Part shown: piece after piece, positions 1 through 10,607 of the stretch
Layout: every line of letters begins with the position of its first letter
How positions within the stretch are numbered: the first letter of the stretch is position 1
DNA from: Bdellovibrionales bacterium
Lineage (GTDB): Bacteria > Bdellovibrionota > Bdellovibrionia > Bdellovibrionales > UBA1609
Length of the DNA: 64,000 nucleotides
Direction: 5' to 3'
NCBI GenBank assembly: GCA_041690295.1
Contig: JAWLHR010000005.1
Coordinates: forward strand, 91,542-155,541
Notes under the pieces: model-generated
Database searches by the model: none
Seen by the model: the letters and a program-made list of their open reading frames with translations, nothing else
Told to the model about the DNA's origin: nothing
Translations under genes and position numbers: made by a program

Positions 1-963
1 AACGCCTTTCGGCCACACGGGTATTGGCGGATTGGCCGAAGTTTGAGTGGGCGGCATGGAGTATCCGCCGCCACCACCGACCTCGCGCACGGCACCTCCG
101 AAGTCAGGTAAGGCGGGAATCCCGCCGCCGATACTTCCGCCACTCACGGGCATGGTCAAAGCTGGGCGAGCCATTGGCAAAATATTTTGTAAAGCGCTTT
201 GCAAACTCGCCGTTTGTTGCCCCAGCGTATTGTTGTTGGCGATCGGCATATCGACTTGAGGACCGAGTTTAGGAATATTCGGATTTCCCGAACAGGCCAC
301 CGAGGGACCAGTGAACGGATCCGGCCCACCATTGAAGACGTGCTGACGCATCCATTCGTAGTGTTGCGGGCATGCGGCTTTCAAATGATCCGGTGAATGC
401 AAGTAGATCGCGAACACTTCCGCGAATTCCTCATTGCGGGGACTCTTGTTCGTGTTGTTGGTGGAGTAATCGGTGATGGCACAGCGCTGAGGCAGATTTT
501 GTTTGTAAGCTTTGTAGTAGCCGCGATTCCCCACTATATGACCCAGCTCATGGGAGAAGTGGGCCAGCGTGCGGCGAGGATCGTCGTGTCGATAACAGTT
601 CACCACCAGATTAATGGTGTTGGCGTTGGGGACATTGCTGGAACAGGTCGCGCCAGAAGGTTTACCGCCCGGGTAAACATTGATGGTGATATGGCTGACG
701 ATGTTCTTGTGCAGTCCCAAATCCGTGGCCCGTTTGAGAACTCCGGGAATCAGAACCTTGTGGTGAGGGTAAAGTGAATGGCTCGGATCTTTGGCATTGT
801 TAATGGTGATCTTATAACTCTTCAGATCATCTTCCACCTGGGAATAATGACTGGGATGAAAGCATCCCGGATTCATGAGTTGAGATGAAAATCCGGCGAC
901 GGCGGCGATAGCGGATTTTAAAAAAAGATTCGAAAAAACAAAGGCAAAGAAAAAAGACCGCAT
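1..963 (-). CDS. Secreted zinc metalloprotease (gluzincin-like, HExxH plus downstream E-x-F-A-E); runs off the left edge of the window
   Basis: Manually translated open frame from ATG at 963 to the window edge: MRSFFFAFVFSNLFLKSAIA (signal-like)...HFSHELGHIVG...RNEEFAEVFAIYL...CPQHYEWMRQHVF, then a Pro/Gly-rich tail. Absent from the ORF track because no stop lies in the window. Confidence 0.8.
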   Translation of the reverse strand, partial: MRSFFFAFVFSNLFLKSAIAAVAGFSSQLMNPGCFHPSHYSQVEDDLKSYKITINNAKDPSHSLYPHHKVLIPGVLKRATDLGLHKNIVSHITINVYPGGKPSGATCSSNVPNANTINLVVNCYRHDDPRRTLAHFSHELGHIVGNRGYYKAYKQNLPQRCAITDYSTNNTNKSPRNEEFAEVFAIYLHSPDHLKAACPQHYEWMRQHVFNGGPDPFTGPSVACSGNPNIPKLGPQVDMPIANNNTLGQQTASLQSALQNILPMARPALTMPVSGGSIGGGIPALPDFGGAVREVGGGGGYSMPPTQTSANPPIPVWPKGV

Positions 964-1025
964 CAATGAATTGATCGGTCTGAATGCGTTTCAACTTAAG
1001 ACAAACCTCGATCATGGTCTTGGCG

Positions 1026-1055
1026 AAAAAAAACCCAGCCCTCTCGAGCTGGGTT
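1026..1055 (-). terminator. Rho-independent terminator downstream of the RRM gene
   Basis: AACCCAGC/GCTGGGTT stem; the plus-strand A8 run at 1026-1033 gives the U-tract on the minus strand. Confidence 0.75.
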
Positions 1056-1084
1056 GTCATCAAAGTCTTTTACAAGGCCCGATG

Positions 1085-1414
1085 TTAATAGCGATTGCCG
1101 CCGTTGCCGAATCCGCGACCACGGCCACCGCCGCGGCCACCAAAGCCACCGCGTCCCTCACGGGGAGCCTGCGGTCGTGCTTCGGAGACGGTCAAATTGC
1201 GTCCGCCAATCGATTGTCCGTTCATGCTTTCAATCGCTTTATTGGCTTCTTCATCGCTGGACATTTCAACGAAACCGAAGCCTTTGCTGCGACCGGTGTC
1301 ACGATCCGTGATCACACGAGCGGACTCCACTTTGCCGAAGGATGAAAACTGGCTCTCCAGAGCCGCATCATCAACGGAGTAGGGAAGGTTCCCTACATAT
1401 AACTTTTTACCCAT
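1085..1414 (-). CDS. RRM-domain RNA-binding protein with Gly/Arg-rich tail
   Basis: KLYVGNL (RNP2), SKGFGFVEM (RNP1), GGRGG tail; AGGAG RBS upstream of ATG 1414. Confidence 0.95.
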   Translation of the reverse strand: MGKKLYVGNLPYSVDDAALESQFSSFGKVESARVITDRDTGRSKGFGFVEMSSDEEANKAIESMNGQSIGGRNLTVSEARPQAPREGRGGFGGRGGGRGRGFGNGGNRY

Positions 1415-1587
1415 TAATCTCTCCTCTTTGGCCGAACTTACAAGCCACTGAGAAAGACTGAAAGGCACCATGCACTTCGTTTCTGTGGCGGATCGGGACC
1501 AAAATACTAAAAATAAGTTTAGCCCACCCGCGGAGAGTACAGCAAGGGGAATCCGCTCCAGGAAGGACTTTCAAGGCTTTTTAAACT

Positions 1588-3498
1588 CTAATCCTCATCA
1601 TTTCCGCCTCCGCGGATAATGCTGCGCTGGTTGGCCTTTAAAATCTTCTTACGCATACGAATGTTCTTGGGAGTTACCTCAATCCATTCGTCTTGCTCGA
1701 TCCATTCAATACAGCGCTCAAGCGTCATCTCGCGAATGCCCTTTAAAGCAACGTAATGATCGCTGCCCGCGGCCCTGACGTTGGTGAGTTTCTTTTCCCG
1801 AGTGGGATTTACGTTGAGATCGTTCTCTTTATTGAATTCTCCAATGATCATGCCCTCATAGACCTCAACTCCGGGTTTAATAAACATCACCCCGCGGTCA
1901 TCGAGATTGAGGAGAGCGTACTCAGTCGCCAGGCCATCCCGATCGGCGATCATCGCGCCATTGGGACGGTGGAGCATTTCCCCCTTCCACTCCGTATAGC
2001 CCACCATTTGAGAGGAGAAGAGTCCTTCACCTTTTGTAGCGGTCAGGTACTTGGTGCGCATACCGAGGAGACCGCGGGTGGGAATTTCAAATTCCAGTCG
2101 GACCCGGTTTTGAGTGCCCGAAGGGCCTGAATGGGTGCCAACGGCTTCGTAGGCCATTAAAATGCCTTTACGCTCTTGAAACATTCGCGTCACATCACTG
2201 GCAAATTCTTCCGGAAGATCTAAAGTCGCACGCTCCAAAGGTTCGTACTTCTTACCGTTTTCCGTTTTAATCAGAACCTCAGGACGGCCCACCATGAATT
2301 CGGCGCCTTCACGGCGCATTTGCTCGATCAAGATGGCGAATTGCAATTCGCCACGGCCGAGAATGCGAAATTGGTCAGGAGAACCGGTCTCTTCGAAACG
2401 CACGGCCACATTATGGCGAACTTCGCGAAGCAATCGCTCGCGCAATTTGCGCGATTGGACCGCTTCGCCGTCCCGGCCCGAAAAAGGTGATGTATTCACC
2501 GAGAAAATCATCGCCAACGTGGGTTTATTCACTTCAATCCGGGGCAAACGGGCCGTGGTTTCCTCGCCGCCGACCGTGTCGCCGATTTGGAAATCTTCGC
2601 AACCCGCGACCACGCCCACATCACCCGCGTGCAATGACTTCACTTCCACTTGAGTCAAACCGGAATAACGGAAGAGTTTAGTCACCGTGAACGGCTCAAC
2701 CACAGGCTCGCCGCTTTCTTTGACTCCCATGCGGTAAGCGCGCTGTCCGACCTGAAGTTCTCCCGAAAGGATGCGGCCCACGGCCAATCGGCCGACGAAA
2801 TCCGACCATCCTAGATTCGCCACAAGCATCTGGAATGATTTTTCAGTTCCCAGCTTGGGCGGGGGGATGGTTTTTACGATCAAATCGAATAACGGTTGGA
2901 GCGAGCCCTTCTTTTCACCCGATAACAGAGCGGGAACCTCATCCGGGTCGGTGGTGCACCAACCGTTTCGGGCGGTGGCGTAGACAATGGGAAAATCCGC
3001 TTGTTCTTCGGTGGCGCCCAAATCGATGAAAAGATCGAAGGCCTGATTGATGACTTCTTTGGTCCGAATCCCGTCGGCGCATTCGGGCCGGTCCACCTTG
3101 TTCACGCAAAGAATGATGCGATGGCCGCGCTCCAGGGCTTTCTGGAGAACGAAGCGCGTTTGCGGCAGAGGACCTTCGGCCGCGTCCACCAAAAGCACGG
3201 CGCCATCCACCATGCTCAAAATGCGCTCGACCTCACCGCCGAAGTCCGCGTGCCCCGGAGTGTCCACGATATTGACCCGGATGTCCTTATAGGTGAAGGC
3301 GGCGTTTTTCGCCTGAATCGTGATTCCACGCTCCCGTTCGAGATCCATGGAATCCATGACCCGGTCTTCGACTTGGGCCCGTTCGGAAAAAGCTCCGCTT
3401 TGGCGTAAAAGGTGATCGACCAGGGTGGTCTTGCCATGGTCAACGTGCGCGATAATACAAATGTTCCTAATATTCTCGATATTCTCGTGATTTTGCAT
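1588..3498 (-). CDS. typA: Translational GTPase TypA/BipA
   Basis: [35 protein letters not shown]-terminal [11 protein letters not shown]. Confidence 0.97.
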   Translation of the reverse strand: MQNHENIENIRNICIIAHVDHGKTTLVDHLLRQSGAFSERAQVEDRVMDSMDLERERGITIQAKNAAFTYKDIRVNIVDTPGHADFGGEVERILSMVDGAVLLVDAAEGPLPQTRFVLQKALERGHRIILCVNKVDRPECADGIRTKEVINQAFDLFIDLGATEEQADFPIVYATARNGWCTTDPDEVPALLSGEKKGSLQPLFDLIVKTIPPPKLGTEKSFQMLVANLGWSDFVGRLAVGRILSGELQVGQRAYRMGVKESGEPVVEPFTVTKLFRYSGLTQVEVKSLHAGDVGVVAGCEDFQIGDTVGGEETTARLPRIEVNKPTLAMIFSVNTSPFSGRDGEAVQSRKLRERLLREVRHNVAVRFEETGSPDQFRILGRGELQFAILIEQMRREGAEFMVGRPEVLIKTENGKKYEPLERATLDLPEEFASDVTRMFQERKGILMAYEAVGTHSGPSGTQNRVRLEFEIPTRGLLGMRTKYLTATKGEGLFSSQMVGYTEWKGEMLHRPNGAMIADRDGLATEYALLNLDDRGVMFIKPGVEVYEGMIIGEFNKENDLNVNPTREKKLTNVRAAGSDHYVALKGIREMTLERCIEWIEQDEWIEVTPKNIRMRKKILKANQRSIIRGGGNDED

Positions 3499-3546
3499 TT
3501 GAGGGGAAGACCTTAAGCGGATCATCCCCTCTGCGGCAATGAAAAT

Positions 3547-3936
3547 CTATTTGTATTCGGAACAATAGCGGTAACGGTAGGAACCGCTTAACCTTCCGTA
3601 CCGGCAGGTGCGGATTTCGGATTGGCAACGTTGCCCGCCATACTCGGCCGGATTCAGATAGGCCGTGATCGACTGGCCGTTGTAAAGGTAGCCGAATTCG
3701 GTGGTGTCGCAGCCGTAGTCCTCATAACAGTTCCGGTAGCGGTAATACCCCGAGAGATGACCATTGCGGCACCGGCGGTACTGGTATTCGCACCGGTTTC
3801 CATTGGTGGCTCTGGGCTCGCGATAGGCGATGACGTCATCACCGTCGCGAACGATTCCACCCCATGGAGCATGACAGTCCCGGGCGGAAGCCATATGCGA
3901 AAACGCTATTAAGAAGGCCGTGATGATCAATTTCAT
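3547..3936 (-). CDS. Small secreted Cys/Tyr-rich protein with two tandem ~52-aa repeats
   Basis: Signal peptide MKLIITAFLIAFSHMASA; two copies of C..G....G....AY......G.RC....R.CR.G.LSG.YRYR.C. Confidence 0.8.
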   Translation of the reverse strand: MKLIITAFLIAFSHMASARDCHAPWGGIVRDGDDVIAYREPRATNGNRCEYQYRRCRNGHLSGYYRYRNCYEDYGCDTTEFGYLYNGQSITAYLNPAEYGGQRCQSEIRTCRYGRLSGSYRYRYCSEYK

Positions 3937-3957
3937 TTGTCCCCCCATAGGTTGTGA

Positions 3958-4974
3958 TCAAATCGCCAATGTGTCTTCCATCCATCGAGTGACCGCTTGA
4001 TCTGACCAACGGACTTCATCCCAAGTGGTGCCCCAACCCAAAAACCCGCAGTGGCCGCCTTTTTCGGTTACAAGAATATCAAGATGCGGGGCGTGCGGCA
4101 TCTTATTTAAGCCCTGGGTGTCAACGATGGGATCATCCAACGATGAAAGGATGAGGGTGGGCACTTTGATCTCGGGGATATAGTGAATCGAGCTGCAGCG
4201 GCGATAATATTCTTCCGCGCATCGGAAACCAGCCCACGGGGCGGAATACATTTCATCAAAATCTCGAATGCTCATGTTCGGCGGAAACTTGGTCTTGGGA
4301 ATTTCGGGAAAGAGATTCTCCATCAATCGAACATCCGCCTTCAGGTATTTCAGAAAAACATTGGCGAAGAGCCGGTTTGATTTTTCACTCAATCGGGCGG
4401 TGGCTTGCGCCAGATCCAGTGGGGGAGACACGGCCACCACGCTGTCGAGATTACCGCTCGGCCGTGATCCATCTTCACCGGCCATTTTCAATGTGATGTT
4501 ACCACCCAATGAGAATCCGATCTGCGTCACGGGGGATGTGGGATAAAGACGTTTGATCCACTCCAGAACGTAACGGGTGTCCTCACTGACTCCCGCATGA
4601 TAGGGCCTGCGGGCCAGTCCTTTCCCCGGACCGCAAAATCTGAGGTTCAAACGCAAAACCATATAGCCTTTTTTATAAAGGCGCCGACACATGCGTTGCA
4701 TGTAAGTGGATTCGTAGCTTCCGGTGGTTCCGTGAACCAAAAGCATAATGCGCTTGCCGGGGTGCCAATTCTTAGGCCGGTTTTCCGCCACCACGAGCAC
4801 ATCGTTATCGGGAAGAATCAGATGGTGAAAGTGATCCGGGCGGGATGGTTTTAAGATCGGCCAGTAAAATCCGAGCACGGTTTGCAGATAACCATTGGGT
4901 GCGAATGGAAACGGACAGAATTTATTGAGTTTTAATTTTTTAAGAACGCGCTCGACCCGATCCTCGACGCCCAC
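3958..4974 (-). CDS. YheT-family alpha/beta hydrolase
   Basis: NGYLQT, LVHG, GFSLGG nucleophile elbow, DDPIV, GGHCGF. Confidence 0.9.
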   Translation of the reverse strand: MGVEDRVERVLKKLKLNKFCPFPFAPNGYLQTVLGFYWPILKPSRPDHFHHLILPDNDVLVVAENRPKNWHPGKRIMLLVHGTTGSYESTYMQRMCRRLYKKGYMVLRLNLRFCGPGKGLARRPYHAGVSEDTRYVLEWIKRLYPTSPVTQIGFSLGGNITLKMAGEDGSRPSGNLDSVVAVSPPLDLAQATARLSEKSNRLFANVFLKYLKADVRLMENLFPEIPKTKFPPNMSIRDFDEMYSAPWAGFRCAEEYYRRCSSIHYIPEIKVPTLILSSLDDPIVDTQGLNKMPHAPHLDILVTEKGGHCGFLGWGTTWDEVRWSDQAVTRWMEDTLAI

Positions 4975-5083
4975 GAAGATGCCCCCGAATTTCCCCTCGC
5001 GCGGCCGCTAAGCCGCCTGCAATGTACGATTTTTCCCGGGTTAATTATAAACGTAAAGTCAAGAATTGAGCAAAGTCTTATCG

Positions 5084-5965
5084 TCAGATTTCGAGTCGCG
5101 AAAGCCGGGCAACCGGCTCTACCGGCTCAAACCGGCCCGACGCATTCTTAATCAAACGACTGGCCGCGATCTCGGGATCGTGGGTGTAAAATAAAAGCCA
5201 CTGTTCCTTTTCGACCCGGCCGTAAACCGTGGCTTTTTCGTCGATCAGCTTTTCTGGAAACCGGTCATATCCCATGGTGATGGGAAGATGCACCCAGGCC
5301 CGTCCAGGGATCAGGTCGCCGCAAAAAAAGACCTTTCCTTTGTCTCCCTTGAATAAAGTATGGAGCTGTCCGGGGGTGTGACCCTCGGATTCAATAAATT
5401 CAATGCGCTCCCGCAGCACTTCGGGCAAAGGGTCCCGCGGCCAGAGGACCAGGCGGCCGGAGGCTTGTAAAAGTTCGGTAAGTTCCGGAATGAATGAAGC
5501 GCGATCCCGGGGGTGGGGGTGAAGGGCGCGCTCCCAAGCTTTCTCGCCGACAATGAATTTGGCTTTGGGAAAAACCAGTTTCAGGCCATTCGTCTGGCGC
5601 TCCTGGTAGGTCGGAAGCAATCCACCGGCGTGATCAAAGTGAAGATGGGAGAGTACGACGAAATCGAGGTCTTCCGGTTGCACTCCGGCTTCCCGTAAGT
5701 TTTCGAGGAGAAGGTGCCGCTCGGGGGATTGCACTCCGTATCGGTCGGCCAGCTTTGGTTCAAAGAAAGCGCCGATGCCGGTTTCACAAAGCAATTTAAC
5801 GCCATCGAATTCAATTAAAAGTGTGCGGCAGGCGAGAGGAATCCGGCCCAGGGAATCGGGCGCGATCCATTTTTCCCAAACCGGGCGGGGCGCGTTGCCG
5901 AACATCGCGCCGCCGTCGAGAAGTTGCCGGTTACCTTCAATTGAAGTGAGATAGGCGGGTTTCAT
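5084..5965 (-). CDS. Metallo-beta-lactamase fold hydrolase (YtnP-like)
   Basis: LDGGAMFG, SHLHFDHAGG, GHTPG, CGDLIP, MGYD. Confidence 0.9.
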   Translation of the reverse strand: MKPAYLTSIEGNRQLLDGGAMFGNAPRPVWEKWIAPDSLGRIPLACRTLLIEFDGVKLLCETGIGAFFEPKLADRYGVQSPERHLLLENLREAGVQPEDLDFVVLSHLHFDHAGGLLPTYQERQTNGLKLVFPKAKFIVGEKAWERALHPHPRDRASFIPELTELLQASGRLVLWPRDPLPEVLRERIEFIESEGHTPGQLHTLFKGDKGKVFFCGDLIPGRAWVHLPITMGYDRFPEKLIDEKATVYGRVEKEQWLLFYTHDPEIAASRLIKNASGRFEPVEPVARLSRLEI

Positions 5966-6969
5966 AAATCCTTCCGAATTTGCACGAGAATGCGGCCTTG
6001 AACTCGCCGGTGTATGATATCTTCAAGGGCCAGCAGTAAATCCTTAAGTTCCACCACGCGAGAAAGCGTGTCTTCCAAATGGCGCGGCCGCCAGGGGCCG
6101 GCCAAGCGCTGCCAGAGGCTGATGCGCAGTTCGCGGGGACAATTATTGGAGCTGATTCCCAAAAGACTCACGCCACGCAAGATGAACGGCATGACCGTGG
6201 CGTTAAGTTCCGCGCTTTCCGCCAGCCCGATGCTGCACACATTTCCCCAAAGCTGAATGTGGGCCAGAAGCTGGGAAAGCATTCGTCCACCGACATTATC
6301 AATCGCGCCGCCGAAGCGAACACTTTCCAAGGGCCGCGATCCCAATTCCAACTGTCCGGGAGGAATCACTTGGGTGGCGCCAAGCTTTTTCAAATAACCA
6401 AGGGACTCATGCTTACCGCTCACGGCATGAACTTCAAAACCTTCCTGGGAAAGAAGTTGTACGGCGAAGCTTCCCACGCCGCCGCTGGCGCCGGTGACGA
6501 GCATGGGGCCAAGTTCCGGTCGCTGATGATTCTCAAGCAACCGATGGAGGGCGAGTGCGGCCGTAAATCCCGCGGTTCCGAGAATCATGGCCTCACGTAA
6601 ACTCAATGACTCAGGCAAAGGGACGACCGAATCGCCTTGGACGCGAAGAATCTCAGCGTATCCGCCGTCATAGTATTCACTTAATCCGCATCCGGTCACG
6701 ATCACCTTTTGACCTGGAGTGAAACGCGCGTCCGAGGATTCAAGCACCACACCTGAAGCATCGATTCCGCCATTCAGGGGAAAGCGTTTTAAAATCGGCC
6801 CGCGCCCGGTGGCGGCGAGCGCGTCTTTGTAGTTGGCGGAAGAATAGTGGACCTCAATGACCACTTCGCCCGGCGTGATGTCATCCACCGTCATCTGTTG
6901 CAATTTCGCGTAAGGCGCGCCTTTTCCGCTCTCGGGCTTGTGAATGCGAAGGGCCCAGAACGGTTTCAT
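5962..6969 (-). CDS. YhdH/AcuI-family quinone oxidoreductase (acrylyl-CoA reductase-like)
   Basis: SSANYKDALA, GTAGFTA, TGASGGVGS, PFILRGV. Confidence 0.9.
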   Translation of the reverse strand: MKPFWALRIHKPESGKGAPYAKLQQMTVDDITPGEVVIEVHYSSANYKDALAATGRGPILKRFPLNGGIDASGVVLESSDARFTPGQKVIVTGCGLSEYYDGGYAEILRVQGDSVVPLPESLSLREAMILGTAGFTAALALHRLLENHQRPELGPMLVTGASGGVGSFAVQLLSQEGFEVHAVSGKHESLGYLKKLGATQVIPPGQLELGSRPLESVRFGGAIDNVGGRMLSQLLAHIQLWGNVCSIGLAESAELNATVMPFILRGVSLLGISSNNCPRELRISLWQRLAGPWRPRHLEDTLSRVVELKDLLLALEDIIHRRVQGRILVQIRKDL

Positions 6970-7448
6970 TTCAGCTCCTTTCGCAAGTGAGCGAGAAGTT
7001 CACCGCAAGCGTCCTCAAGAAGATCCAGCACGAGGTCAAAACCATCGGCCTCGCGGTAATAAGGGTCGGGCACTTCAGTGACTTTGTGAATCCGGCAAAA
7101 GCTGGTCAGCGGTTTCACTTTATGATGGTGTTCGCGCTTCGTATCCAGATTCAGCACGGTTTTGAAATTCGAGTTGTCCATGGTGAGGATGTAGTCGAAA
7201 CGCAAAAAATCCTCTGGGTGAGTGAATTGCCGCGCTTCCAAATCACGAAGATCATAGCCCCGCAGTCCCGCGTGATGGATCATGCGGGCGTCCGGAGGTT
7301 CTCCCACATGCCAACCGCCGGTCCCCGCCGAATCGACATGGATGCGATCGATGAGCCCCGCTTCTTTCACCATATGGCGAAAAATACCTTCGGCGGCCGG
7401 TGAGCGACAGATGTTACCTAAACAGACGAATAAAACTTTCTTGGTCAC
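6966..7448 (-). CDS. Low-molecular-weight protein-tyrosine phosphatase
   Basis: [11 protein letters not shown]-loop, DSAGT, VPDPYY. Confidence 0.95.
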   Translation of the reverse strand: MTKKVLFVCLGNICRSPAAEGIFRHMVKEAGLIDRIHVDSAGTGGWHVGEPPDARMIHHAGLRGYDLRDLEARQFTHPEDFLRFDYILTMDNSNFKTVLNLDTKREHHHKVKPLTSFCRIHKVTEVPDPYYREADGFDLVLDLLEDACGELLAHLRKELK

Positions 7449-7855
7449 TTTTTATCCTGTTCTTCAAAGTTCAAAGCCGCCGAGTTGATGCAATATCTCT
7501 TTCCCGTGGGCTCCGGTCCGTCATCAAACACATGTCCCAAATGGGCGCCGCAGGTTTTGCACAGGACTTCGGTTCGTGTCCTGAACCAGGAGCGATCGGT
7601 TTTGTACTCGATGGGATCTTCGCTTTTGTCGCCGAGCGGCTTATAAAAACTCGGCCAACCCGTACCGGATTCATATTTGGTTTCGGATTCGAAAAGTGGC
7701 GTGCCGCAACAAACGCATTTGTAGATTCCGGAGCGATGGTTGTCCCAATACTCACCCGTGAAAGCGCGCTCCGTGGCGCCTTCGCGGGTCACGCGATATT
7801 GCATGGGTGTCAATCGCTCACGCCAAAACGAATTCGGTTGGTTACGCCAATTCAT
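7445..7855 (-). CDS. msrB: Peptide-methionine (R)-S-oxide reductase
   Basis: [29 protein letters not shown]. Confidence 0.95.
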   Translation of the reverse strand: MNWRNQPNSFWRERLTPMQYRVTREGATERAFTGEYWDNHRSGIYKCVCCGTPLFESETKYESGTGWPSFYKPLGDKSEDPIEYKTDRSWFRTRTEVLCKTCGAHLGHVFDDGPEPTGKRYCINSAALNFEEQDKK

Positions 7856-7912
7856 GTCGGCTAATGTAGGCCGATCACCGCGATTCAGCAAGACCCAGAA
7901 AAGGGAGGAGTT

Positions 7913-8455
7913 GTGGATTTTCGAGAACTCGTGAAATCGAGACGCACAGTGCATAATTACCAGACGCGAACAGTTCCCGATGAATTGGTGGAAGAAGCTC
8001 TGCGATTAAGTCTTTGGGCGCCGAATCACCGTCTCACATTTCCCTGGGTTTATACTTTGGTGACTCGTGAAACACGCGAAAAATTGGCGGATCTCGCGGT
8101 GGAACTTAAAAAACCCGAGACGGAGATCAAAATCAAAGCCACACGTGACACCATTCTCAACCCCAGTCATTTGCTCAGCCTCGGTTTGAAAAAGTCGCCG
8201 AAACCTCAAGTCCAACATGAGGACTTCGCGACTCTGGCGTGCAGTGTACAAATCATTTCACTTTTTCTTTGGCAGCATGGAATTGGCACCAAGTGGAGCT
8301 CGGGTGGTTATTCGACCCATCCAAAAACGTACGAGATCTTGGGGCTCAACCCGGAAGAAGTGACGCTGGAAGGGTGCTTGATGATCGGTCATCCCGCGTT
8401 TGTTCCACATGTGCCGGAACGCCCTGACGCCAGTCAGTTCATCCGCCGGGTTTAA
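7913..8455 (+). CDS. Nitroreductase family protein
   Basis: [28 protein letters not shown]. Confidence 0.88.
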   Translation: MDFRELVKSRRTVHNYQTRTVPDELVEEALRLSLWAPNHRLTFPWVYTLVTRETREKLADLAVELKKPETEIKIKATRDTILNPSHLLSLGLKKSPKPQVQHEDFATLACSVQIISLFLWQHGIGTKWSSGGYSTHPKTYEILGLNPEEVTLEGCLMIGHPAFVPHVPERPDASQFIRRV

Positions 8456-8490
8456 TTTTGAGGGCGGATCACCCGCCACGTCCTAAAGGT

Positions 8491-9618
8491 TTACATGATA
8501 TCGTAGGTGAAATGCCTCGGCTGCTCGGGAGCGATTTCTAGGTCAAAATAAACTCGACCGATTTCACGCTGGTCTATGGTTTCAATCTGAACTTTCCAAC
8601 TGCCGGGCAGGTAATTGCTTTTCACGCCATAGCCGCGAAAGCCTTCTTCGCGACCGCCGTGGATCTTGATGGGAATTGAATCCTGAAGCAGCCAGCCTTT
8701 CTGATTATCTTTCCAATACCACTTGATGAGCACTTGATCGGAAAAACGAGTCGGCGAGAAGATCCGGAAGAAGACATACACCTTGTCGGACTTTTGCGCG
8801 AGAAACTGCTGGTCACCGTTATGCCAGAATTTCCACCAGGGCCGCTCGTGGGCCAGCTTGTATTGCCCGTTTTCTTTTTCAACCGAATGGTAAACCCCGA
8901 TGTAAGGGATCGAAAGGGGAACCGGAGGAATCAGTCTCAGTCCGTAAAGAGTACAGTAGCCGATTAAAACCAACCCGAGCGGAAGCAAAATCTGGGACTT
9001 GGCTTTTTCAAAAGCGTGCGAGGCGAAGTTCTGAATCCACCAGCTCACCGCCAGAAGAGGTAAGGATCCCACCACCATCGAGAAAAGAAACACCAGAAAG
9101 CCCAATCGTCCGATGAAGGTGGGGACGATGAACGAAAAGAACGAGAGCAGGCAGAGGCTCAAAAGGCCGAACTTAAATGGAAGGCCAAGCGATTTGAACC
9201 GGGCCGTTTCATTGGCCACCAGGATGAAAATCAAAAATAGCAAGAAGCCAAAGGACACCAAAAGCGACGAACTTTTGAAAAAGAAAATGGCGTAAAGGTT
9301 TAAAAGGTTTCCGAAGAAAAAGTGAACCGCGGCCGTTCGGTAGTCGTAGTACCATCGTTTGAGAACGAACATGTTGGATGTGTCACGCGGCGGACGCAAT
9401 TCCTCGAAAAACATCTGCAGCAAGGCCGCCATGATCAGGACCAGGTAGACAATTTGCTGCCCGATGGTGACCCAGGAATCGATTCGATCCAGCGTGATCA
9501 GATCGAAAAGAAATCCGCCGATGAAAAAAGCGATGGCCAAACGCTGTTCATTACGGTCGTAATAATCGCGAATATGGCTCAGGCGGGGTTTCAACGCTGC
9601 GGATTCTAAAGATGACAT
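8491..9618 (-). CDS. Multi-pass membrane protein with C-terminal DUF2914-like beta domain
   Basis: About 7 hydrophobic segments, LIPPVPLS, then GGREEGFRGY and PGSWKVQIET. Confidence 0.75.
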   Translation of the reverse strand: MSSLESAALKPRLSHIRDYYDRNEQRLAIAFFIGGFLFDLITLDRIDSWVTIGQQIVYLVLIMAALLQMFFEELRPPRDTSNMFVLKRWYYDYRTAAVHFFFGNLLNLYAIFFFKSSSLLVSFGFLLFLIFILVANETARFKSLGLPFKFGLLSLCLLSFFSFIVPTFIGRLGFLVFLFSMVVGSLPLLAVSWWIQNFASHAFEKAKSQILLPLGLVLIGYCTLYGLRLIPPVPLSIPYIGVYHSVEKENGQYKLAHERPWWKFWHNGDQQFLAQKSDKVYVFFRIFSPTRFSDQVLIKWYWKDNQKGWLLQDSIPIKIHGGREEGFRGYGVKSNYLPGSWKVQIETIDQREIGRVYFDLEIAPEQPRHFTYDIM

Positions 9619-9642
9619 AACCTGTTACTTATCGGTCCAAAT

Positions 9643-9840
9643 TTATTTTTTTAGCGAGCGGCGCCGTATTTCTGGGCCTAAAAATCCCCTATAGGCCAGC
9701 CTCCAATAAACCATCAATAATCCGCACAGAATTAACAAAACGGCTGGCATTCGTCCGAATCGGACCATCTCAATTTGGAACGCTTGATAGCCGAACCAAA
9801 TGCAGAGAAACGGCTTGAGTTCGTAGAACACCTTTTCCAT
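9643..9840 (-). CDS. Small membrane protein, hypothetical
   Basis: 65 aa with two hydrophobic stretches; co-oriented upstream of the DUF2914-like gene. Confidence 0.55.
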   Translation of the reverse strand: MEKVFYELKPFLCIWFGYQAFQIEMVRFGRMPAVLLILCGLLMVYWRLAYRGFLGPEIRRRSLKK

Positions 9841-9956
9841 CGCATCCCCCAATGGATTCTTACTTCCTCACGTGCCGCTAGATCATTATAGGAATTGTTT
9901 CATCTTGGCGCTAGAAAAATTGAGACAAGGCCTTGGGCGCGGATTATATTGAGACA

Positions 9957-10607
9957 ATGAAAGTCGGTCAGTTGGAATGCAGAAGGCGTGAGGGCGAAAA
10001 CGCCCGTCAGTTGGTGGTGCTTCTCCACGGTTTCGGCGCGGATGCAAGCGACCTTGCCCCACTGGCGGATCTTTTGGATCCGGATCAGAGGTGGAGTTTT
10101 TATTTTCCCGAAGCTCCTCTTGAAGTTCCCATCGGCCCGATGTGGACGGGTCGCGGCTGGTTCCCGATTTCTTTACGTGAGTTGGAAACGGGAGTGGATT
10201 TCACGAAAATCCGCCCGCCCGGTTTGGATCTTTCGCGCAAGCTGGTCAGCGAAATGATTTTTCACCTCAATCCTGAAAAACTCGTCATCGGCGGATTCAG
10301 TCAAGGCGCGATGGTGGCCACCGATTTCGCCATGTATGAGCCTGATGCGGTGACCGGTTTGATTCTTTATTCCGGTGTTTTTTTGGATCAGGACAATTGG
10401 ACGCAGAGAGCGCAAGGATTGAAAGGTAAACGGTATGTGCAAAGCCACGGCACCGCGGACGCGGTTCTGCCGTTCAATGCCGGCCTTCGACTTCATGAGC
10501 TTTTGCAAAAAGCGGGTGCTCAAGGCCAGTTGATCTCATTTCCCGGTGGACATGAAATTCCCATGCCGGTGCTCAAGAAATCGCGCGAATTTCTCAGTTC
10601 GATTTAA
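9957..10607 (+). CDS. Phospholipase/carboxylesterase (alpha/beta hydrolase)
   Basis: LLHGFGA, GGFSQGAM, SHGTAD, GGHEI. Confidence 0.9.
   Translation: MKVGQLECRRREGENARQLVVLLHGFGADASDLAPLADLLDPDQRWSFYFPEAPLEVPIGPMWTGRGWFPISLRELETGVDFTKIRPPGLDLSRKLVSEMIFHLNPEKLVIGGFSQGAMVATDFAMYEPDAVTGLILYSGVFLDQDNWTQRAQGLKGKRYVQSHGTADAVLPFNAGLRLHELLQKAGAQGQLISFPGGHEIPMPVLKKSREFLSSI

Noticed and set aside
24..777. Plus-strand ORFs 24-272, 47-259, 199-396 and 397-777
   Set aside because: Antisense shadows of the minus-strand zinc protease frame
827..1063. 78-aa minus-strand ORF
   Set aside because: Spans a terminator and overlaps the protease start in another frame
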